Made by a program: the position numbers and the translations under genes. A stretch of DNA of 10,403 nt. Source: Amoeboradix gromovi X-113 (Eukaryota > Fungi > Sanchytriomycota). A model generated the notes under the pieces. The model searched no databases. It was not told the DNA's origin and saw nothing but the letters and a program-made list of their open reading frames with translations. How positions within the stretch are numbered: the first letter of the stretch is position 1; each line of letters begins with the position of its first letter. Positions 1-8,050 of this stretch are shown here, piece after piece. The stretch covers positions 1-10,403 of the forward strand of contig JADGIF010000346.1 in assembly GCA_018985225.1 (NCBI GenBank), given 5' to 3'.

Positions 1-94
1 CGTATAATAGAAGATCTTTTATTAATGATAGCATTTCCTCGGTATGATGCACCTTTAAAAACGAGTTAGTCTAGTTTTTATATTTGGTGTCCCA

Positions 95-263
95 ACACAT
101 TCAATAATCTCATAGAGTTACAAGTTCATGCCAGTTTGCAAATTGTGACGTAGTCGTGTATAGATGTAAGTGCGAATTACAATTTCAAGCGATCACAACT
201 CGACTTAGAAGTTGTGAAAGAGAGTTAGCCGAAGAGTGATAGTAAAAAATTTCCTTTAGCATC
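95..263 (-). mobile_element. Degenerate left-end/subterminal fragment (X) of the Fanzor-associated element family
   Basis: 95-126 aligns to 8785-8816 (about 26/33 columns). AGAGAGTT, TGATAGT and TAGCATC at 219/237/257 recur in the same order at 8859/8873/8890, inside element C. Confidence 0.55.
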
Positions 264-394
264 TAGCGCTCCTCGCTAAAAGTGCTGATTTCCGAGAAAA
301 CCAAGAATTTCCACAAAGAACCTGAAAAAGACAGTCTCTCCGTTACAGTGATCGCTCACGCTTTCACTACCCTGAGGCGGGATTGAATAAGGAT
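264..394 (-). ncRNA. Putative Fanzor omegaRNA scaffold / transposon right end, copy A
   Basis: Lies directly 3' of the DRDHMAARNI coding remnant and is in the same open frame. 104/115 identical to 8651-8777 outside a variable hairpin top. Similarity stops sharply after ...GAGGAGCGCTA (minus strand). TnpB/Fanzor omegaRNAs are known to occupy this position. Confidence 0.7.
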
Positions 395-705
395 GCAGAT
401 ACTTGATGTATATGTTCCTTGCTGCCATATGATCTCTGTCTATCTCCAAATGACAATTGGTACAATTGTAGGTTTCTAAGCTGGTTCTCTTTAAAGTAGC
501 ATACCTCGTACATGGCATCGAATTTGTTCCTTGGTGCCATGTGGTCCACTTCCAAATGACACTCTGTACATGAATAGCTCTCCAAATTGGTTTTCTTTAG
601 AGTGCCACATATTGTACATGGAATCTAATTCTTCCATGTTTGGACCAGCTTATCAGTCTGAGACGAATGTATGCTGCACCTGCTAGTTACTTCTTTAGAA
701 TTGAT
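395..705 (-). pseudogene. TnpB/Fanzor nuclease C-terminal fragments (zinc finger + RuvC-III), present twice
   Basis: The minus strand reads IPCTICGTLKKTNLESYSCTECHLEVDHMAPRN and then, in another frame, MPCTRYATLKRTSLETYNCTNCHLEIDRDHMAARNIYIKYL. This matches the TnpB/Fanzor CxxC...CxxC...DRDxxAAxNI signature. In-frame stops, a frameshift and the missing RuvC-I indicate a pseudogene. Confidence 0.85.
413..630. repeat. Diverged tandem pair (413-524, 112 bp; 525-630, 106 bp) of the Fanzor ZnF/RuvC-III segment
   Basis: Both units start TGTTCCTTG(C/G)TGCCAT, share TCCAAATGACA and end GTACATGG(C/A)ATC(G/T)AATT. The 6-bp length difference is the loss of the Arg-Asp codons. Confidence 0.85.
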
Positions 706-889
706 TTACCTTTTGCGAAAAGAATTTCGAGTATTTAGGCTATTAAAAAAATCTGGAAAAGTCTTGAAATTATACAAAAATGCATACAAATTCGCGATAA
801 ATAATTTATTCAGGAAAACCACTGAACTACTCGCCATTGAGAACGTCTCCCGACACGAACAACATTAAATTTAGAATTCCTCCTTTGTG

Positions 890-906
890 ATTGGCTGTGA
901 CACGTG
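890..906 (+). promoter_or_regulatory. Candidate RPS20 promoter motifs: inverted CCAAT box (ATTGG 890-894) and E-box CACGTG (901-906)
   Basis: Short motif matches about 40-55 bp upstream of the ATG; function is inferred only. Confidence 0.3.
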
Positions 907-943
907 CGGAATCGATCGGCTAAACATTTAACAAGAGAAATGT

Positions 944-1279
944 ATGGACGAAAAACCAACTGAACTGAAGATTCACAAGATTAGAATTACATTAACTTCT
1001 ACTCAAGTTAAGTCTTTAGAACGTGTAACTTCTCAATTATTAAATAATGCAAAAGATTACAAATTGAAAACAAAAGGACCAGTTCGTATGCCTACCAAGA
1101 AACTAGTGCATACTACTAGACGTACACCTTGTGGTCAAGGTTCAAAAACCTGGGATCGATATGAGATGAGAATTCATAAGCGCGTTTTAGACCTTGAAAG
1201 TCCGGGAGAGATCATCAAAAAGATTACCTCTATTACCATTGAACCCGGTGTAGAAGTAGAAGTCACTATACTTCAATAA
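944..1279 (+). CDS. RPS20: 40S ribosomal protein S20 (uS10)
   Basis: [47 protein letters not shown] and [13 protein letters not shown] are the eukaryotic uS10 signature. The ORF is uninterrupted. Confidence 0.98.
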   Translation: MDEKPTELKIHKIRITLTSTQVKSLERVTSQLLNNAKDYKLKTKGPVRMPTKKLVHTTRRTPCGQGSKTWDRYEMRIHKRVLDLESPGEIIKKITSITIEPGVEVEVTILQ

Positions 1280-1395
1280 ATAAGCTATAAGCATATATTA
1301 TTTATTCTGTATCCATGAACTTCGTTCTTTTACTAAGTTCACTATACGGATTTTTCCTCTTTCTATTCTAATATCTTCAAGATGTAGAAAAGCCT

Positions 1396-4300
1396 ATGGT
1401 CATGAACAAATTTGTTCCTTCAAGCCACATGAGAATTTTTTCTTCAAATGAAGATAAAGATATTAAATCTAAAAAGAACTTTGTCCCTTCTAAATCAGCT
1501 ACGCCATTGCCAATAAAAACAGCTAGTTTCTTTGAAGGTGAAAATCTCTCGCAGTTACTGATATCTAAAAATGTAGCAGCATCAAAAGCGCGTTTAGACT
1601 TACTCTGCGATATAAACACCTGTGTAGATATATTTGGAAACACGCCTTTACATCTTGCAGTATCAATGAAAGACATTCCGTTCATTATTCTTTTACTACA
1701 AAAAGGCAGCGATATTGATGCGTGTAATAACAGTGGTCAAACGCCATGGGATTTAGCAATTGCTATGAAAGACCATAATGTTTTGGGACTGCTGCTGCTG
1801 TTTAACAATGACATCAACTCGATTAGAACAGATCATCAAAATTTGTTGCAGCAAGCGGAGAATGCTCGTGGTAGATTTATCTATCAGAAGATCTGTTTAT
1901 TAAATACCATTGAAAATAGTGCGAGCCTTGGCCATTTAGAAGAAGTCACCATCAAGCTTCAAAATCGTGAAGTCTTGGAAAGTAAAGACAAAAATGGAGT
2001 CACCATATTAATGCGGGCGTGTTATAAAGGCCACTTGATGATGGTTAGAAAAATCTTCGAATGGGGAGTTTTACCAGAGGTCAAAGATAAGTACGGCTGG
2101 AATTGCTTGTCATATGCGGTGTTCGGCGGCCATCTGGATGTGATAAAATATCTGATCCAGAATAAAAAGATGGCTAAAGTTGGCGATTCAAGCTCTAACG
2201 AGCCTATAGTTATTGCCGCTTACATGGGATTCTACCACATTATTGTTTATTTTGACGAAACTTTTGATATCTTCAAGGTTTCCAAGTTTGTTAGTAAATG
2301 TGTAATGATGGCTGTATGGATGGGACATGTCACTGTAATACAATATCTCAAATATCGTAGATTCTCTAGTGGCGAGGGCAATGGATGGCTTTTAAAAGGT
2401 TGTACATACGTTGACAAGTTTTACGATCATTACTCTTACATGGATGGAATAAAAAAAAATTACAAGTCTGAATGGATCCAACAAGTTGAGGCCATTGTTA
2501 ACGAAAACAATGACTTGTACGCCAAAAGAAAGGTCTTGGTCAGCTACAATGTTGATGAGTCTAGACTAGACTCTGTCAGCCCGAATAAGCCTCCATGTGG
2601 AAATTTAATCCGGCTACATTTTCATTCTTTACCCGAAATCGAGGAGGTTAGACAAAAAGCACATGACATTAAATTGCTGGTAGATGTTCCCGAGGCATAT
2701 CAACCACTGATTCTGTTAGCTAGTCAACGTATTTATTACATAGGCACTTGGCTGGATGAAGAGTACTATCGGGTTGTAGGTAAATTCAGATCTACAATAT
2801 TAAATATCGATGGGGAAGATAAAGCAAATGTCATAGTTCTATCAACTCAAGTCAAAGACGTAATTGAAGAGGTTATCGGTAAAATCGAGAAATTAATAAA
2901 CACCCTAAGCCAGGACAAATCCGGGTTTCTATTTTTATTGAATCCAACCTTTCTCAACCTAGTGAAAGAAGCGAGCAGAAAGATAGACGAGGATGATTTG
3001 AACGAACTTTTGAAGAAAACTAAATTGATCAGCGGAGTGTGGATCCCAGCTACAGCGAAAAAGGAATTTTTAACTTCATTATGCACAATGATGGTCGATT
3101 TCGGGAATCTTATTGATTTAATTAATAGCACAGGAATATTCAACATGTATGTGCTGTTATTTCAGAAAGAAGTACAAAAGCAGAATAGCAACTATACGGT
3201 CAACGTCACAGATGTGGACTATAAGGATTATAAACAAAAGCAATATGAGCAAATACAGCAAGATGCTAGCAAGAATGAAGACATGGCTAGCGACAATGAT
3301 CCTGATGTGCTGTTTGGACAGAGACTGGAGTATTTAATAACCCAATTTGTAACCTCAATAAAACTATTGCGAGTTAGTTTAGGAAGTAGTATTGCGGTTG
3401 GAGATGCTACTAACAAAAAGATCGAGAACGCAGGAAGTGCGGTACACTATGCCTGCGATGCAATAGTAGACGAAGTAATTCAATACGAGCTATTTGGCAA
3501 TCCTGATTTGGTAAATAAGAATGATTTGAGTCCTGCGTTGCGTAACAACATACAAGATATAAGGTTAAATGTTTTACAGCACGGACAGCAAGTTATGCTC
3601 TTGGCAAATGAGATGATCAAGTTTGCTCAACTAGCAAGTGGCAAGTGGCCACCACCTGACAGTAAAGATGCGCTGATGTATTCGCTATCGCCTATAGCAA
3701 GCGAAATAAAAGAATTGGTGGAGGTTTCGAAGCAGGGAGCTACAACAATTCGACAATTAGAAAAACTGGTGATGGAGAAAATGAGTAACTGGCAAAAGTC
3801 GGTTATGCAAACACAGCGTCTGAGCAAGATATTTCAATTCTGGGATCAAAACGATGCTATGCAGGTACAGACTGAATCTGATTATTGGGATGGAACATTA
3901 GAGGAGAAAACTATTATAGGCAAGGATGGTTTAGTCATGGACTTGGTAGTGAAAGGTGGCAGATTAACAAAATTTGTAGAATATTTAACGCATCCTTTAA
4001 AAAAGGACGAAGATTTCATGGCTGATTTTTTCATGACATATCGTACATTTTCTGCACCAGTGGAAGTGTTGGATTTGTTGGTAATGAAATATAACAGTCA
4101 GCCGCCATTCGGCTTGACTGAAGTTCAGTTTATGGCGTTTATGAAGAGACACATAGCACCGATGAGACTAAAAATCGCAGGAATGTTCAGGTATTGGGTT
4201 GATAAATACTTTCAAGAGGACTTTGAACAGGAGGAGTCGCTACTGTTGAAATTGAAACAGTTTATCAATCAAAAAATATCGAAAGACTATGCGAAACATG

Positions 4301-5199
4301 CTTCTGAGATTCTTTCGATATTGAAGCAGCTCGAGGGTGGATATCTACCTCCAGTTGAAAACGCAGTCTCAAATTTAGAAATACCAAAACCATTAGTAAC
4401 CAAGAAGTACAATTTGTCATATATAATAAATGACGTCAGAATTTTGCTCGAGTTAGACCCCGTGGAAGTAGCTAGACAGATCGTATTAGTAGAATATTCT
4501 CTGTTTTATAAAATAAGAGGTAGGGAAACAATAAACCAAGTATACGCCGATACTGCCGGAAAGGAAATAAATTTGTATCCAAATGTTCATAGAATGATTA
4601 GCTTTACCAACCAAATAACCATGTGGGTATGCTCTTCAATGGTGAGCATTACAGATATGAAGACTAGAATACTGATGATGAAGTTTTTCATGAGTATAGC
4701 TATTGCGTTGAGAGAAATACAGAACTTTAATGCTTTAACAGCGATAGTTGCAGGATTGACGATGGGACCAGTTTACAGATTGAAAAAGACTTTGAATAGG
4801 TTGGAGAAAAGCTATCCGAAAGTAAAGGAAGCATATTTAGAGAGTGTAACTATAGTGTCTCCAAAAGGACAATATGCAAACTATAGAAAACATTTAAAGA
4901 CGCTGCAAAAACCAATTTTGCCATTCTTAGGAGTGTTTATAACCGATATGACATTTGTTGATTTAGGGAACAACAACTTTTTACCCGAAAACCATTTTAT
5001 AAACTTTGATAAACGCAGGAAGTTTAGCCATTTGATCAAGGAGCTGAATCAATACCAGAGAGTGCCATTTAATTTTGTGCCAATAAGTTTTATACAAGAA
5101 TATCTGTTTACAGTTAAACCAGAGCAAAACGAAAATAAACTTTTTGAAATGAGTCAGCAAGTTGAACCACCAGAACAGCAGTCTGATGATGACGAGTAA
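1396..5199 (+). CDS. Ankyrin-repeat Cdc25-type Ras guanine nucleotide exchange factor (ANK repeats, helical region, REM/RasGEF_N, CDC25 domain)
   Basis: Ankyrin motifs (GNTPLHLAV, GQTPWDLA, GVTILMRAC, GWNCLSYAV). REM motif (VKGGRLTKFVEYLT..FFMTYRTF). CDC25 motifs (LDPVEVARQI, QNFNALTAIVAGL..VYRLKKT, LPFLGVFITDMTFVDLGN, INFDKRRK). Confidence 0.93.
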   Translation: MVMNKFVPSSHMRIFSSNEDKDIKSKKNFVPSKSATPLPIKTASFFEGENLSQLLISKNVAASKARLDLLCDINTCVDIFGNTPLHLAVSMKDIPFIILLLQKGSDIDACNNSGQTPWDLAIAMKDHNVLGLLLLFNNDINSIRTDHQNLLQQAENARGRFIYQKICLLNTIENSASLGHLEEVTIKLQNREVLESKDKNGVTILMRACYKGHLMMVRKIFEWGVLPEVKDKYGWNCLSYAVFGGHLDVIKYLIQNKKMAKVGDSSSNEPIVIAAYMGFYHIIVYFDETFDIFKVSKFVSKCVMMAVWMGHVTVIQYLKYRRFSSGEGNGWLLKGCTYVDKFYDHYSYMDGIKKNYKSEWIQQVEAIVNENNDLYAKRKVLVSYNVDESRLDSVSPNKPPCGNLIRLHFHSLPEIEEVRQKAHDIKLLVDVPEAYQPLILLASQRIYYIGTWLDEEYYRVVGKFRSTILNIDGEDKANVIVLSTQVKDVIEEVIGKIEKLINTLSQDKSGFLFLLNPTFLNLVKEASRKIDEDDLNELLKKTKLISGVWIPATAKKEFLTSLCTMMVDFGNLIDLINSTGIFNMYVLLFQKEVQKQNSNYTVNVTDVDYKDYKQKQYEQIQQDASKNEDMASDNDPDVLFGQRLEYLITQFVTSIKLLRVSLGSSIAVGDATNKKIENAGSAVHYACDAIVDEVIQYELFGNPDLVNKNDLSPALRNNIQDIRLNVLQHGQQVMLLANEMIKFAQLASGKWPPPDSKDALMYSLSPIASEIKELVEVSKQGATTIRQLEKLVMEKMSNWQKSVMQTQRLSKIFQFWDQNDAMQVQTESDYWDGTLEEKTIIGKDGLVMDLVVKGGRLTKFVEYLTHPLKKDEDFMADFFMTYRTFSAPVEVLDLLVMKYNSQPPFGLTEVQFMAFMKRHIAPMRLKIAGMFRYWVDKYFQEDFEQEESLLLKLKQFINQKISKDYAKHASEILSILKQLEGGYLPPVENAVSNLEIPKPLVTKKYNLSYIINDVRILLELDPVEVARQIVLVEYSLFYKIRGRETINQVYADTAGKEINLYPNVHRMISFTNQITMWVCSSMVSITDMKTRILMMKFFMSIAIALREIQNFNALTAIVAGLTMGPVYRLKKTLNRLEKSYPKVKEAYLESVTIVSPKGQYANYRKHLKTLQKPILPFLGVFITDMTFVDLGNNNFLPENHFINFDKRRKFSHLIKELNQYQRVPFNFVPISFIQEYLFTVKPEQNENKLFEMSQQVEPPEQQSDDDE

Positions 5200-5233
5200 A
5201 ACCCATAAATAAATATTGAAAACCGAGTTTATT

Positions 5234-5363
5234 TAGTTTCTCCTTGTTAATAGCTCTAATATAACAAAAACCCAATAGTTTCCACAGTGTGTCATAAAGA
5301 CAGTCGCTGCGTCACAGAGGTTTCTCAAACTTCCATCATCCTGAGGTGTGATTGAACAAGGAT
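5234..5363 (-). ncRNA. Degenerate omegaRNA scaffold / right end, copy B
   Basis: Collinear blocks shared with copy A and/or C: TAG..CTCCT, TTTCCACA, AAAGACAGTC, CTGAGG, GATTGAACAAGGAT. Clearly more diverged than A versus C. Confidence 0.6.
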
Positions 5364-5372
5364 ATGTACATC

Positions 5373-5495
5373 ACAAGTATACGTCAATAAACTGGTATTC
5401 TTCAGAGCGCGGCATATTTCACAAATTTGACAAGTTAACGCTTCATTACATTCACCAACGTCTTTCTTCTTTTTTTTGCACTTACAATTCAATTT
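5373..5495 (-). pseudogene. TnpB/Fanzor fragment (LxxK...VxxxxExxT..CxxC region), not in the ORF track
   Basis: The minus strand reads KLNCKCKKKKDVGECNEALTCQICEICRALKNTSLLTYTC, which aligns with copy A CTICGTLKKTNLESYSC. The DRD..AARNI segment is deleted and the fragment runs into scaffold B. Confidence 0.75.
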
Positions 5496-5518
5496 TTACA
5501 AGTGTCTTACTTTATTAA

Positions 5519-6505
5519 CTAAGGATTTCCGTAAATCTCAAATATCTTTGATTTAAGGTTACTCCCAGCTCTGATCTTTCTAGCGAACAAAGACGTTGAG
5601 TCCTTCAAATGAGGCACATAATCGTCGAGGCCTAATAAGCATGGCGACCAACCTATAATTGACATTTCTGTGTGCTCAGTCTTACAGTCCAGCCAAACTG
5701 TCCTCATCCAGTCCTGAGAAAATAAAAAATTATTGGATCTAAATGGACTATTCATGTGCAAAGATTGAAAGAATGCTTCATCAGATATAATGTAACTGTT
5801 CTCAAAGAATTGTATCCACTCATTTAGCCATTTCTCCTCTTTTAAGAAATAATTTATAAAGGGTTTGGATAATATGCTCCATTGTGGTCCTTTATAAATA
5901 GGGCCATTTTGGGGGGTCATGGTGTATTTTGTGCACTCATCGTCCATGCAAGTTGCTTCCGATCTTGAACAGGCTTGAATTGTTGGTGAATCTTGTTTAC
6001 AAGTAGGTATATTACTTCCATATCCGGAGTCGTTGCTGAATACAATGCTGTGGTTTAGTGGAATTGCTCTTATTGCATTCTCAATTTGATTTAAAGGTCT
6101 TAATGGAAAGGTTGCTCCATCCAAGTAAACCAAGTGATCGAATTCACAATCTACTCTTGCTAGCTCTATTTGTGCGTGTACTAAACTAAACTGTCCCCAT
6201 GATATGTCATATTGCTTCTTAGTTTCTAAAATTTGTGGATAAAGCCGTTTAAACTTTTTTATAGATTCCAATGGTGTCTTTTTGTCAAAATGCATCACAT
6301 AGCAATGCTCCCTGTTGTATATCTTGTCAAGAAGTTCCAATACTCCATTTATAGATTCCTCTGAGTATGCTAGCATAGCAAACCCAATTTTATTTACTTT
6401 ACTGGGTGCCTTCCCGTCGAATCCAACCTTATAGTCAGGGTTTAGTAATATTACTGTCATTAATGCTATGATAAAATATGATGAAATTGACTGAATTTCC
6501 CGCAT
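5519..6505 (-). CDS. Glycosyltransferase family 14 (core-2/I-branching/xylosyltransferase-like), N-terminal signal anchor
   Basis: Hydrophobic N-terminus. Motifs YVMHFDKK, ISWGQFSLVHAQ, LDGATFPLRP, YKGPQWSILS, DEAFFQS and LFARK are typical of the Branch/GT14 family. Confidence 0.88.
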   Translation of the reverse strand: MREIQSISSYFIIALMTVILLNPDYKVGFDGKAPSKVNKIGFAMLAYSEESINGVLELLDKIYNREHCYVMHFDKKTPLESIKKFKRLYPQILETKKQYDISWGQFSLVHAQIELARVDCEFDHLVYLDGATFPLRPLNQIENAIRAIPLNHSIVFSNDSGYGSNIPTCKQDSPTIQACSRSEATCMDDECTKYTMTPQNGPIYKGPQWSILSKPFINYFLKEEKWLNEWIQFFENSYIISDEAFFQSLHMNSPFRSNNFLFSQDWMRTVWLDCKTEHTEMSIIGWSPCLLGLDDYVPHLKDSTSLFARKIRAGSNLKSKIFEIYGNP

Positions 6506-6547
6506 AGTGGCTTGAACCTAAAAATAAGAATTGTCTAAAGATATTTA

Positions 6548-7324
6548 TTATTCCCATTTCATTTTACCTTTGGTCCAGTTCAGGACACCTTGAGCTTTAT
6601 CTACACTACTTTGCAACAATTCTCGGACTTGGTCCAAATGAGAAATCATTCCATTACCTTTGTTCATTAAGTCCATACATTCTTGCTGCACCTGATCACC
6701 CTCTGCATGCTGTGCGGGCTGCTTCCACACATTTACTAGGTGCATTACCTGCTCCCTCAGCATGTCTTTGTACGGTACAATTCCTCCGTATTGATTTAAT
6801 AAATCCACCATCATGCGCAATAATCTTATAAAGTCACTTTTTATTTCCTGCAAAGCGTAATTAAAACCAACAACAGCATTCTGATGATGATATTGCTGGA
6901 GTGTTGTTGTTAAGTATTGTATATGTATTGTCATTTTATGAATGGCATAGTTAACCCAGTCCAAAAGATAATGGATGGTGTATTTAATTTGATCACTCAA
7001 CACAATTGCACCTCCAGTGGTAGTTGTGATTATAAGGTTACCAATCTGCCCCAAAAAACCTTTATTTTCTCTATCTGATACCGTAACACTAGAAGTGCTG
7101 GTATTCGTCAGCGTTGTATCTTCCGTAATATTCCCTAACAATTCATGAATATGTGGCAGAGTGTTTGGCTTGGGTGAGTCAAATATCGAGGAATCTTTTA
7201 TTCCATTTAATTCTCGTTTGTGTTCATGATAGGTATCTATTAAGCTATCCTGTTTAGACAGAGTATCATCAGCAAGGGAAATAGTGCTGTCAATGTCCAT
7301 TTGAGAAGATGAACTTACTTGCAT
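6548..7324 (-). CDS. Opi1-like transcriptional regulator
   Basis: GGAIVLSDQIKYTIHYLLDWVNYA and IKSDFIRLLRMMVDLLNQYGG..LREQVMHLVNVW resemble conserved fungal Opi1 blocks (recognised from memory). Start set at the ATG (7324) rather than the GTG at 7327. Confidence 0.65.
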   Translation of the reverse strand: MQVSSSSQMDIDSTISLADDTLSKQDSLIDTYHEHKRELNGIKDSSIFDSPKPNTLPHIHELLGNITEDTTLTNTSTSSVTVSDRENKGFLGQIGNLIITTTTGGAIVLSDQIKYTIHYLLDWVNYAIHKMTIHIQYLTTTLQQYHHQNAVVGFNYALQEIKSDFIRLLRMMVDLLNQYGGIVPYKDMLREQVMHLVNVWKQPAQHAEGDQVQQECMDLMNKGNGMISHLDQVRELLQSSVDKAQGVLNWTKGKMKWE

Positions 7325-7384
7325 CACGGAGAAGTCTGTCGCACGATTGGTCTCAAATCAAATGTCCTGAAATTTAAATCCAGC

Positions 7385-7620
7385 ATGGAGCTAGTTTAAT
7401 TTCAGTGAATTCTCGCAAATTTTAAATTTTTGGACACAGTTGTATGTCTAGTAGGCCCACTCTGCTGTGCAGAACACATTGAGGGAATAAAATCTGGTAG
7501 TTACGTCCTTGCAAGATAAAAACGCGGAATTCTTTTTATACTAAAACGATGATTCGATTTATCTATTCGCGCAATATTATAAACTTAAATGAATATTTGC
7601 CTAAAAACTTGAATACGCTG
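7385..7620 (-). mobile_element. Degenerate solo left-end remnant (D) of the same element family
   Basis: GAATTCT, ATGAT, CAATATT and GAATACGCT occur at offsets 0/22/45/84 from 7527, versus 0/22/46/86 from 8850 in element C. 7416-7433 matches 8819-8836 at 17/18. The sequence is AT-rich and the boundaries are approximate. Confidence 0.5.
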
Positions 7621-7747
7621 CTTTAAAATTTAGTAAATCTCATCCAAAACTAAAAATTTGTCTGCAAGTCCAGAGCCTTTTTGATATCAAAATTTTCAAG
7701 TAAAACAATTTTGGAGTCAAAAATTTTGCTACAGTGAAACATCAAAG

Positions 7748-8032
7748 ATGCCTGATGTTCCAATAGATTTTTTGCTCGTAAATGGCCAGCGGAAGGAAAT
7801 GACATTTGATTCAAATTTAACGGTAAATGAAATATCAGAGTATCTGTACAAAAACTGGCCAGAAGAATGGAAAGACAACGCTCCTCCGAATGCGAATAAC
7901 ATTCAGTTTCTTCATCAAGGAAAGTTTATTGATAAGCAAACTAAATTGCCTTTTACAGATAAAACGGTAGTACACCTGGTTATCAGACAGCCTGAGGAAA
8001 CGAAAAAAGAAAAGTGCTGTATGATTATATAA
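7748..8032 (+). CDS. Membrane-anchored ubiquitin-fold protein (UBL3/MUB family)
   Basis: Ubiquitin-like fold motifs (FLLVNGQRKEMTF, NWPEEW, IQFLHQGKFI, VVHLVIR) and a C-terminal CCMII CAAX box. Confidence 0.88.
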   Translation: MPDVPIDFLLVNGQRKEMTFDSNLTVNEISEYLYKNWPEEWKDNAPPNANNIQFLHQGKFIDKQTKLPFTDKTVVHLVIRQPEETKKEKCCMII

Positions 8033-8050
8033 ATTTATAAAAATAAAATT

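Larger units (their letters stand above)
264..835 (-). mobile_element. Decayed, internally deleted Fanzor/TnpB-carrying transposon (copy A): right end, nuclease remnants and probable left-end remnant
   Basis: The right end at 264 is shared with the copies at 5234 and 8651. Nuclease motifs lie at 395-705. 748-793 (AAAATCTGG..GTCTTG..AAAAATGC..AATTC) resembles 7489-7532. The 835 boundary is approximate. Confidence 0.65.

Noticed and set aside
1-34. Possible minus-strand gene start (ATG at 34; MLSLIKDLLLY) running off the window
   Set aside because: Too short to support.
193-217. Hairpin TCACAACT-N9-AGTTGTGA as an IS200/IS605-type end hairpin
   Set aside because: An 8-bp stem not seen in the homologous regions of C or D; it could be chance.
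264-394. Repeat as a tRNA, tRNA-derived SINE or snRNA
   Set aside because: No cloverleaf or A/B boxes recognised; its linkage to TnpB-like coding remnants and a TIR explains it better.
276-585. ORFs 276-518 and 367-585 as functional small proteins
   Set aside because: They are frameshifted pieces of the Fanzor pseudogene reading into the scaffold. The second has no ATG start (TTG).
413-630. CRISPR-like repeat/spacer array
   Set aside because: Only two units, homologous along their whole length and protein-coding in origin; there are no unique spacers.
671-868. 65-aa plus-strand ORF
   Set aside because: No recognisable motif, and it overlaps the antisense of the element A remnant.
1377-3827. 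Short ORFs at 1377-1685, 2847-3146, 3149-3337, 3228-3416 and 3627-3827
   Set aside because: Antisense or out-of-frame shadows of the RasGEF gene.
7643-7660. Inverted repeat partner of 7416-7434 defining a separate MITE
   Set aside because: A low-complexity A/T match with an indel and no target-site duplication seen.
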